Of a DNA stretch of 64,000 bases, positions 1-10,489 are shown in pieces. A program made the position numbers and the translations under genes. The stretch lies in contig NW_026867509.1 of assembly GCF_020745735.1 (NCBI RefSeq), positions 434,001 through 498,000 of the forward strand, given 5' to 3'. The notes under the pieces were generated by a model. That model saw only the letters and a list, made by a program, of their open reading frames with translations, was not told the origin of the DNA and searched no databases. Origin of the DNA: Hemiscyllium ocellatum. Taxonomy: Eukaryota. Position 1 is the first letter of the stretch, and the number at the start of each line of letters is the position of its first letter.

Positions 1-708
1 TGGTGACAGTTAAAAGCTCAGTTGTCGTCGGCTTCAACGTGAATGCGTTTCCGAATTTTTCACAAAGCTGAATTCAATTTAGAGTCCACCTCTTAAAAAA
101 ATCCAATCGGATCTGGAAAATATGTTTTCTTATCGCAAATGCATTGCCATGTGCTTATTATATTCTGTGTATTTCATCCTAGTGGAAGCTAATTCAAAAT
201 CTTGTCTGTGTTGTAAGGGTCACGCACGAGGAACTGACTTTATTTAACAACATTATGTTAGCAGAAGCAATTTCTAATTATGTAACTGTTTATTATTCCT
301 GTTATATTTCTCCTTGGCATTCAATGGGTCTGATGTTATTGCATGTAAACATATTAAAATTTTATGTCAATCCTCAAAACTAACATAAACATCATTTATT
401 GCAACATCCTTCATGGTGGTTTTAATTTCCAAACTCGTCGTGTTTGGTTGTGGGCTTTGCCGTAGATGCTGTTTTTGTGGATGAGGCTGTAAACTATGTG
501 ACGTTGGAAGTACATTTTTCAGCTCGTGATAGGTTCATTTTGTGCCTTGCTTGTAAGCGCGGATGTGGGTCAGCAGGGAATGCAAATAGTACAGTATTAG
601 ATTGTTCATGCTTTGCAGTTGTTCCTCTCAATGAGTTCCATGCTTATTGAGGTAGATGTGTTACAACAACCTTAGCAGAAACTCTCTTATCTGAAGATAA
701 TAGACAAT

Positions 709-1885
709 AGACAATAAGTGCAGGAGTAGGCCATTCTGCCTTTCGAGCCAGCACCACCAATCATTATGATCATGACTGATCATCCTCAATCAGTATCCTG
801 TTTCTGCCTTATCCCATAACCCTTGATTCCACTATGTATACGAGCTCTATGCAATTGTTTCTTGAAAGTATCCAGAGACTTGGCCTCCACAGCTTTCTGG
901 GGCAGACCATTCCATACACCCACCACTCTCTGGGTAAAGTAGTTTCTCCTCAATTCTGTTCTAAGTGGCCTGCGCTTTATTTTTAAACTGTGCCCTCTGG
1001 TTCTGGACTCGCCCATCAGCGGAAGCATTTTTCCTGACTCCAGAGTGTCCAATCCTTTAATAATCTTATACGTCTCAATCAGATTCCCTCTCAGCCTTCT
1101 AAACTCAAGCGTATGCAAGTCCAGTCGCTCCAATCTTTCAGGGTAAGATAATCCCGCTATTCTGGGAATTGGCCTCGTGAACATAGCTGCACTCCCTCAA
1201 TAGTCAGAATGCCTTTCCTCAAATTTGGAGTCCAAAACTGCACACTATATTCCAGTTGTGGTCTCACCAGGGTCCTGTACAACTGCAGAAGGACCTCTTT
1301 GCTTCTATATTCAATTCCTCTTGTTATGAAGGCCAGCATGCTATTAGCTTTCTTCACTGGCTGCTGTACCTGCATGATTACTTTCATTGACTGATGTACA
1401 AGAGCACCTAGATCTCGCTGTACTGCCCCTTTACCTAACTTGACTCCATTTAGGTAGTAATCTGCCTTCCTGTTCTTGCCACTAAAGTGGATAACCACGA
1501 CATTATTCACATTAAACTGCATCTGCCATGCATCTGTCCACTCAATTAGCCTGTCCAGGTCACCCTGTATTCTCCTAACATGATCCTCCAATTTCACCCT
1601 GCCACCCAGCTCTGTGTCGTCAGCAAATTTGCAATAATACTTTTAATACCTTCATCTATATCATTAATATACATTGTAAAAAGCTGCAGTCCAAGCAATG
1701 ATCCCTGCGGCGCACCACTGGTCAACACCTGCCATTCTGAAAGGTGGCCGTTTATCACTACTCTTTGTTTCCTGTCAGCCAAACAATTTTCAATACATGA
1801 CAGTATTTTGCCCCAATACCATGTGCCATAATTTTGCTCACTAACCTCCTATGTGGGACTTTATCAAAGGCTTTCTGAAAGTCCA
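709..1885 (-). mobile_element. CR1/L2-clade LINE, 5'-truncated 3' fragment (RT C-terminus, frameshifted) with simple-repeat tail
   Basis: ORFs 1594-1782, 1157-1597 and 786-1184 are consecutive RT pieces (SGAPQGSLLG, FTMYINDIDEG, WQMQFNV, RPQLEYSVQFW, LEFRRLRGNLIETYK). The ATAGACA-repeat tail lies at about 709. Confidence 0.9.
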
Positions 1886-2136
1886 TGTATACTACATTCA
1901 CTGGATCTTCAGAGTTACATCCTCAAAAAATTCCAGGGGATGCCCCCTCTGCCAGGGAACTGACTGTAACCCAACTCACGCTGTCTCTATTCATTGAAGT
2001 CCAGCTCCTGGTTTCCAGTTTCACTGAGCCAGTGGTGGCAAAAGATAGTCCAGTGATGACATGTCCAAATATTTCAGCATATTGCGAGAGCAGAGTTTAG
2101 ATATATCAAATCCCAACATCCAACTGTCATTTAGCA

Positions 2137-2495
2137 TTGTGGTTAGTCGTCATTTTGGGTTTTTTGGCGTGTTTCTAACAGGTATGTATTTTTGTGTTAA
2201 CTCGGAATGCTCTAACAAACTAAACCAGTGCATCCCCTGAGTTACTCTGTCCGAATCCAAATATATTTTCAGACGTAATGCATTCTCAGTTAGGTCAGAT
2301 CCGAGACATGGAGATTCTGCACTCAGCTATACTGCTCAGAGTTTGGGTCAGAAGTGGAAGCGGTGACGTCGACGTTCCAATTAAACTCCATCGATGTACT
2401 GTATATAATATTGACATTTACATCACATATACATATACCGTTGGAATTCACCGCAGCTATCCGGGATGTCGAGATTTTGCGACAGATTATTTCAC
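2137..2495 (+). pseudogene. Decayed V-segment relic (leader exon + intron + degenerate V exon)
   Basis: Leader-like 2137-2181 reads (M)WLVVILGFL-A-VFLTG after one frameshift, with phase-1 donor G|GTATGT. A 91-nt intron ends at acceptor TTTTCAG|2273. Relic motifs GDSALSYTAQ and EFTAAIRDV..DFATDYF fall in shifted frames. No RSS recognised. Confidence 0.35.
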
Positions 2496-5400
2496 TGAAA
2501 AGCTTCAGAAGCGTAATAAATTCACCTGTTAACTGTGTGGGGCTACATTAATTGATTGTCCTGTATCTCTCCACGTTCAAGCAAGAATGCATTACCATTG
2601 ATGTGCAAAATTGGCGGTGGGAGCTCCAGTTTCTTTGAATCTTTGTGGAATCTCAGGCACATATATCCAGAAACAGTCAGTAAACTCTTCAAGGGAAAAT
2701 CAGAAAATAAAATCCAGACTCCATTCTCTTTTAAATATAGGTCGAGGTTATATATACTTGCCTCAAACCCGGTGTACTGGGATGTTACTTATGTCTGATC
2801 GATGCATTGGAAACTGCATCAATGCCATCGCCTCTAAAGTGAACATGTGAACAAGTTCAATGTGTTGTCAGTTTACATGGTGCTTTGTGTCACTGGCATC
2901 TGATCGAATTTTTGACATGCTTCAAATTGTGGTCGTGTAGCAGAGAATATACACAGTCCAGTGTGGCACTGTACAGCACATGTATAAGATGGTGGAAACA
3001 GGAAAGAAACTATGCCATCAGAAATGTATTATTTTCCCTCCAGATATTATATCTCCTGCTGCTGCTGCAAACTTCTACTGAAAAGACATGATAACTGTCA
3101 AATAACGTTCGGAGAAAATTTCGAATATGTTGAAATTATATCAAAATGGAAACTGAGATGGTCAGGTGCATCTGCACGTGAGCGTGCACACACACACGCA
3201 CACAAGAATGCGCAATCAGACATTCAAAAATAGACAAGTGCAGATTGAGACATAGAGTCGTACAAAGAATGTTACAGTCAGGCATTCTTTGGACTAGCAA
3301 AACTGTGCTGGACATTAACGAGCATTTAACTATCCCAGACATATCTTCCAACACTTGGTATGTTTCTTGGTATTGCTCGCATCGTTAGTACATGTCAGAA
3401 GAATTTGCAAGCGTTTACAGTGTTTTTTCCCCTCTACAACACTCAATGACTGACTGGGGCGTCTGGCAAACTGCTGGCTGAAAAAAAAAGAGTTTGCATT
3501 TTTGATGACCCCACTGCCAGTTCCTTTAAATTTCTTCAGCTGTCACAGAAGCGACCACCAATGGGAAACATTCATTCCTGTCCAGTCTAGCTACATTCAT
3601 TCTTGCTCTTTCGATCTCTGCTCCTCATACTTTGTGACATGCTAATCATGACTGCTAAATGTCCTATATTTGAATAAAAATAAACAAGTCTGTCCATGCT
3701 TTCTTCCTATCTAGAAATCTTCAGCCAAGTCAACAGCTGGTAAATCTTCTCTTGCACAGTAAAATCCTTTGTATATTGAGGATTCTGAAACTCAACACAA
3801 CAATTTCGCTGCAGCCGAACCAATATTACCTGCCATTCCACCATGAGTTCACCGTTCTTAGCTCTATGATTTAACTAATAATCCTAACTGCACCTTTACT
3901 ATCATAGGTATTCTACTACCTATGGACAGGCACGCCAAGATCTCACTGGTCCTCAGTGCTTTGCAATGTTACATGACATTATTCAATCCTTTGCCTTGTT
4001 TATCCTGCCCACGTGCATGACCTCGCATTTAGGAAGTTTGAACTCAGTTTGCCTCTGAGCAGTGACAATCAGAGATGTTATAGAATTGTGTCTACCCACT
4101 TCAGATACAAAATATCACCCAAATGTGTGTCTGTGTGTGCGCGTGTGGATGTGTGTCTGGGTGCAAATGTCCCTCTTCTGGTAGCTCTCCGTATTACTGT
4201 CAACCATCTTAATTTTATCAGTCTCTTCTGTTGGTTTATCAGTGTACAATTCAGTGTCTTCTTATCCCCTTCTGATGGCGTCTCCCTCGCCTTATTTGAG
4301 TTTCAGATTCTTTCGCCCCTTCTGTTGAAATCTCTCTGTATCAACGTAGTCAACTTGACTTTAATTTGAGAGGGCACAATTGAACAAAATTGAGTTGTAG
4401 ACGACACATTCAACCTTAATTTCCAACGTCTTTTGTCGAAATGCAAGGTGCTGAAAGGAACTGAAAGAGCTGGACAGATATTGTAAGTGAGTACTGAGAA
4501 ACGCAAATAGGTTCTTACGTTAATTTTTGCACACGATTGCAGGCTTGGGTGGATTTTGATTTGCCGATCCCTACAGTTATCTGCAACATAGTAATGCTGT
4601 GGTGGACAAAGTTAGAAGCCTGATGACACCAGGTTAGAATCCAGCTGATTTATTTAAAATCACAATATTTCATAGCACTGCTCCTTTTGTTGGAATATAG
4701 CCTGGTTTTGGCAGACCACTGACTGAAACAAAGAGAGAATTACATTGCTGTTTGTCTGGTGGTACACGCAGGCTTTGCCAGACCAGGCAAGGCAGACAAT
4801 TTCATTCCCTATACCTTTACATTCACCCAGATTGTCTATTCCTGACAAGTGATTCTAGGTCATCATTAGTTATTAATCACAGCTTTTTTTGCTGATTTAT
4901 GGTCTGCAACGGCTGGATTTGAATCCCTTTACCGAGAATATTACCTCACAGTTTCATCTCGTATCTTATTGATCATACTACAAAAAGGTCCTCTTTAGGT
5001 ATGATCATTATGAAGGTGAGGCTGAACTGCAAGGATAGAGATGCTGATAGTTACGTTTGAGCTTATGTACAGTGATGTGTGAAATGGGATTTGAGGGCCT
5101 GAATCAGAGAAGGGCAGTTTGTGATGCCACGAGGAGTTTCTGCACTTACAATGCAGAAGACAAACCCTTCTGCTAATTAAAAAACAAACGCTCAGAGAAG
5201 CTCACCTCGCCTCGTAATCTGCTAAAATGTCTGAATGAAAGAAATTCTATTATGCACACCAGATAAATTAAAAGTAATTATTTATTTAGCTCTAACAGGG
5301 AACACTAACCAAAACTATTAAGAAAACGAACACTCTTTCCCACACGACCAGTTAGCTTACAGCAATTCTATCAAAGTGCAGTTCTAATAACACAAATATT

Positions 5401-6145
5401 GAACACTACGTTAATTTCTTTTCTCGTAGTCCAGAAGCATGTTATGCTCTCTTCCTTCTGGTCTTCCTTCTCGTCTTCCAATTCTGATATCTTCTCCCTG
5501 GGTCATCTTCTTACTTTATAGAAAAAAGATACCTTTTGATGGATAGTGAATGATGTAATTTCTTTGAAGCAATTTGTTTATTCCGTCAGATGGCAGTTGC
5601 CAAGATAAGATTTCAAAATGTAAGCGTTTCTTTTAATACCCCAGCAATGTCCCCTCTCATTCGTTCAACGTTGTCAATACAACATATTCAAACTCAGATG
5701 TGTTTAAGTATCCTGAGCTCAACTTCATTGAAGAAGCTCTCTTCCTCTCTCTACAAGGATTTCACTGAGTCTCTCTCTCACTGCACCCCCCAGGTCATCT
5801 CCTCTGCACAGAAAATCTTCAGCCACGTTCTCAAACAGACTCGTTACCACAGCCACATCTCCTTCCTCAGCACCTGTCTACGGAACCGACTGATCCCACA
5901 CGGACTCCGAACTACATTCCAACTCCAGTTTCCTCATTTCCCCTCCCCCCACCTTGTCTCAGTCGGTTCCCTCAACTCAGCACCGCCCTCCTAACCTGCA
6001 ATCTTCTTCCTGACCTCTCCGGCCCCATCCCACTCCGGCCTATCACCCTCACTTTGACCTCCTTCTACCTATCCCATCTCCATCGCCCCTCCCCCAAGTC
6101 CCTCCTCCCTACCTTTTATCTTAGCCTGCTTGGCTACTCTCTCTC

Positions 6146-6181
6146 ATTCCTGGTGAAGGGCTTATGCTCGAAACGTCGAAT
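6146..6181 (+). ncRNA. Minimal type I hammerhead ribozyme-like motif, core variant CUGGUGA
   Basis: ATTC-CTGGTGA-A-GGGC-TTAT-GCTC-GAAAC-GTC-GAAT. Stem I is ATTC/GAAT, with a stem II hairpin and a palindromic ACGT stem III. A6 is changed to G. An identical copy lies at 6740-6775. Confidence 0.6.
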
Positions 6182-7335
6182 TCTCTATTCCTGAGATGCT
6201 TCCTGGCCTGCTGTGCTTTGACCAGCAACACATTTTCAGCTGTGATCTCCAGCATCTGCAGACCTCATTTTTTACTCGAAGATTTTCACCTACTGCGAAT
6301 GCTCTTACAAGGATGCCTTCCTTGAAGAAGCTCTCTTCTTCCCTCTACAAGGATTTCAGTGAGTCTCTCTCTCACTGCACCCCCCAGGTCATCTCCTCTG
6401 CACAGAAACTCTTCAGCAACGTTCTCAAACAGACTCGTTACCACAGCCACATCTCCTTCCTCAGGACCTGCCTACGGAACCGACTGATCCCACACGGACT
6501 CCGAACTACATTTCAACTCCAGTTTCCGCATTTCCCATCCCCCCACCTTGTCTCAGTCGGTTCCCTCAACTCAGCACCGCCCTCCTAACCTGCAATCTTC
6601 TTCCTGACCTCTCCGCCCCCACCCCACTCCGGCCTATCACCCTCATCTTGACCTCCTTCCACCTATCCCACCTCCATCGGCCCTCCCCCAAGTCCCTCCT
6701 CCCTACCTTTTATCTTAGCCTTCTTGGCTACTCTCTCTCATTCCTGGTGAAGGGCTTATGCTCGAAACGTCGAATTCTCTATTCCTGAGATGCTGCCTGG
6801 CCTGCTGTGCTTTGACCAGCAACACATTTTCAGCTGTGATCTCCAGCATCTGCAGACCTCATTTTTTTCTCGAAGACTCTAACCTACTGCGAATCCTCTT
6901 ACAAGGATTCCTTCCTTGAAGAAGCTCTCTTCCTCCCTCTACAAGGATTTCAGTGAGTCTCTCTCTCTCACTGCACCCCCCAGTTCATCTCCTCTGCACA
7001 GAAACTCTTCAGCAACGTTCTCAAACAGACTCGTTACCACAGCCATATCTCCTTCCTCAGCACATGCCTACGGAACCGACTGATCCCACACGGACTCCGA
7101 ACTACATTCCAACTCCAGTTTCCTCATTTCCCCTCCCCCCACCTTGTCTCAGTCGGTTCCCTCAACTCAGCACCGCCCTCCTAACCTGCAATCTTCTTCC
7201 TGACCTCTCCGGCCCCACCCCACTCCGGCCTATCACCCTCACCTTGACCTCCTTCCACCTATCCCACCTCCATCGCCCCTTCCCCAAGTCCCTCCTCCCT
7301 ACCTTTTATCTTACCCTTCTTGGCTACTCTCTCTC

Positions 7336-7371
7336 ATTCCTGATGAAGGGCTTATGCTGAAAACGTCGAAT
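7336..7371 (+). ncRNA. Minimal hammerhead-like motif, canonical CUGAUGA but altered stem II/GAAA junction
   Basis: ATTC-CTGATGA-AGGGCTTATGCTG-AAAACGTC-GAAT. Confidence 0.5.
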
Positions 7372-7479
7372 TCTCTATTCCTGAGATGCTGCCTGGCCTG
7401 CTGTGCTTTGACCAGCAACACATTTTCAGCTGTGATCTCCAGCATCTGCAGACCTCATTTTTTACTCGAAGAAATCAAA

Positions 7480-9460
7480 GATGAGCAATTTTGCTTTCGG
7501 GAATAATGCATTAATATTAATTCCAGTGATACATGACCTTGTAAGAGTAAGAATTTATGGACGTCATCAAGTCTGAAGGAAATTGAGTGAGGTGAACTCT
7601 TTGATAAGTACTCTAAATAGAAATATTTCTTAGCGTCTGTCTTGTGCATATGATCAAAAAGGTATTGAACAGGGAAGGAAAGCTAGAGAAGAACTTGCTA
7701 ATGATTACAACTCATGGGAAAGAACCAAGATCAGAGTATTCTGAATTAGACATCCATCAAGTTAAATCAGACAGTGAGGAAATTGTCATGAATTGGGAAA
7801 AATAATTGAGTTAACCTTCCACAGGAAAACCGATAATATCTAAAATAGTTATTTCTGACACATGGAAAGATAAAAGGAATTATGCTGGTACGTACTAACC
7901 TAATTATGAATGAAGTAGATACTGCTTATCCAGTTAAGAAACATCCTTATAGGCATGACAATCTAAAGTTGTCACGTGTTCAAACGGGAATTAATCACAT
8001 ACTCCAAGACCTATTTGATATGAATTTCAGTGACTGAAGCTCACGCATAGCAATGGTGCCAAAACCAAATGATACACAAAGGTTATGCGTGGACTCCTGC
8101 AAAGTCAATGGAATTACAAAGTCTGATGCAGGTCAGATTCTGCGATTGAATAGTGTGTTGGAAGTCGTGACAAGTGACTTATATTTCTAAGTTGGACTGG
8201 TTTGGATGATACTGGTTGGTAGCTTTGTCAGAAATAGAAAACACACTTTCGGCTTTCTTTATGCCGAATTGACTGTATGTGTTTCAAGTCATGCTACTTG
8301 GCATGAAAAATGCGCCAGCCCCTTTTCAGAGACCAACCAATAAGGTCCTTGCTGGTTTATCAAGCTGTTTTGTATATATGGATGATCCGGCGATTTCAGG
8401 TCTTCGTTATATGTGGTAAAGAAGGGTCATTTACAACACTTGTCAGGCTTCTTTCCATCAACTTTGGAAGGCTGGTTTGGCGATAAACCTGGATAAAAGT
8501 GAGTTTGCTAAAGCCTGGTCACTTTGAGCTGAAAATGTGTTGCTGGAAAAGCGCAGCAGGTGAGGCATCATCCCAAAGAGCAGGAGAATCGACGTTTCGG
8601 GCATGAGCCTGAAGGGATTCCCGAAGAAGGGCTCATGCCCGAAACGTCGATTCTCCTGCTCTTTGGGATGCTGCCTAACCTGCTGAGCTTTTCCAGCAAC
8701 ACATATTCAGCTCTAATCCCCAGCATCTGCAGTCCTCACTTTTTCCCTGGTAACTTTCCCAGGCCATGGTATTGAACACGGATAATGACCCCATGGGATG
8801 CAAAAACAGAGGTAATTGGAGAGTTTTACCAAACCATCTACAAAAAGAACTCTTCTCCTGTTCCGAGGATTGAGAGAATGCCATCGAAACTTTATACCAA
8901 ATTTTAGCAATATGACTGTTCCACTCACTGAATTGTTAAAGAAAAACAAGACGTTTCAGTGGACAGCAGAATGTCAGAAGGCATTTGACAACCTCAAAGC
9001 TATGTAAACCATTGACCTTACATTAGCCTCACCTAATTTCGGAAGGCCATACAAGGTGACTATCGAAGCGAGTGGTGTGGGTTTAGGTGCTGCACTCTTC
9101 CAAGAAGACGATGAGTAGATAGAAAGACTTATCTGGTGCTTGTTCAGGAAGTTGCATGTTCAAAAGCAGAAACAATCGACTTTTGAGAAGCGGACATGAC
9201 CATGGTGCTGACGTGGCAACATTTCAATGTTTATATTACCAGTAATGTATCTGAAACAAGCATATACCCTGCTTAGAACACATTGATTTTTATGGAGAAA
9301 TTTATGAACAAAACTAACAGACTGTTACGATCGAATTTATTGTTACTGCCATTCATTTTGAAAGGTTTGCAAGTGGTAGGACGAGAAAGCACGATTGCCG
9401 ACTTATTGTCAAGACTCGAATGAGAAATGGAGGCATTCGGTGGCAGCAGTAAAACAAACA
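7480..9460 (+). mobile_element. Ty3/Gypsy LTR retrotransposon pol remnant (RT-RNase H), degenerate
   Basis: Relic motifs FGMKNAPAPFQR (~8300) and YMDD (~8380). ORF 8816-9007 reads FIPNFSNMTVPLTELLKKNKTFQWTAECQKAFDNLK. An RNase H start (IEASGVGLGAALFQED) lies at ~9060. Many stops. Confidence 0.85.
8526..8745. mobile_element. Fold-back Penelope terminal-repeat fragment inserted into the Gypsy RT, with 12-bp target-site duplication
   Basis: Inverted arms surround 8612-8620. Flanks are CCTGGTCACTTT (8514-8525) and CCTGGTAACTTT (8746-8757). Contains CCGAAGA-A-GGGCTCATGCCC-GAAACGTC. Confidence 0.75.
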
Positions 9461-9559
9461 AAAACGGAATGGGGTTGCGCTTGTTTGCATGTTTATAGTG
9501 TTTATGCGTGTTTCAAAGGACTCAGAAATATTTTAAGGAGTTTGAAAATGAAGCCATCT

Positions 9560-9915
9560 TTGGATATTGTTGGTTCGTTATTTTTCACGGGGCAAGTGTG
9601 ATGAAGCTGTTCCTTTATCAAGATTATGCAGACCTTGGTTTTCTTTTGAGTGGTCCTAAATGACAGCGAAAAGTCTGGGCTGTTGGGTTTTAGGGCTATT
9701 CTGTTAATAACTAACAGACACTGCATCTGGTGAGGCTTTCAAGTTTAATCTCTCTCTCTCTCTCTCTCTCTCTGACTTTCACACTGGAAGAATTTGAGTT
9801 GGATTTTAAATTTTGTACCAAGGGTGTTTTTGGGGATTGCTGCAAATATCTGCCGCAGCATCATTTAGTTGGAATGATCTCTGTTGAATTTTCGGAAAGG
9901 TTAATTTATTAATCA
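9560..9915 (+). mobile_element. Probable 3' LTR of the Gypsy remnant
   Basis: Non-coding block directly after the pol remnant, with a TC run. Boundaries are approximate and no matching 5' LTR was seen. Confidence 0.4.
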
Positions 9916-10489
9916 CTGAGAGAGCAGTGTGCAAAACATACAGCATCAACAATCAAATGAAGACATCAGTCTTGAGGACTGAGTTCAAACAGTTGTACTG
10001 GATGCTGGGTCTTCTTGAAGATAATGTTACATTGCAGGCGATCATGAAGTAGTGGCTGTTGTGGACAGAAACGATGTGTCTGAGAAATAAAAATGGCAGA
10101 GGAGCACAGAGTGACGAAGGAAGGCTGGAAGGAAAGCAGAGAGTAAAGAATGAAAGGATGTGAAAATAGCTGCGAAGAAATGAAATAGGAAGAGTCTTAA
10201 ATAAACTAACAATTGTCACTTGGACAATAATATTGCAGACTGAAAGGATTTAGGGAGTGGCGTTGGAACGGGATGTTGATCATGTGTTCACCTCTCATCA
10301 AGAAATGACGAATATCCAATCGTTCTAGATTTGCTTGGGATCGATTACAATTAGTTGTCAGAAGTGGAAAATAGGCGTTCTATCAAATTGCTATTTGTGC
10401 TGGGTTTCCACAACGTTCTATATAAGGTATACATTAGAGGAGTACATACTGAGCATGAAACAACATGAGGAGATATTTCTCCCCCCTCA

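Larger units (their letters stand above)
5721..7470 (+). repeat. Three tandem ~595-bp copies of an internally deleted Penelope-like element (ORF N-terminus fused to terminal repeat with hammerhead motif)
   Basis: Hammerhead-like cores at 6150, 6744 and 7340 give periods of 594 and 596 bp. Each unit encodes LKKLSSSLYKDF...HISFL(R/S)TCLRNRLIPHGLRTTF, resembling PLE ORF N-termini (H..FL..C....LIP.GL). Confidence 0.75.

Noticed and set aside
470-500. TGTTTTTGT nonamer with CTATGTG nearby
   Set aside because: Spacing is 15 nt (neither 12 nor 23) and there is no adjacent coding segment.
5590-7360. ORFs 5590-5994, 6196-6588 and 6953-7360 as host genes
   Set aside because: They are the repeated Penelope ORF N-terminal fragment, not independent genes.
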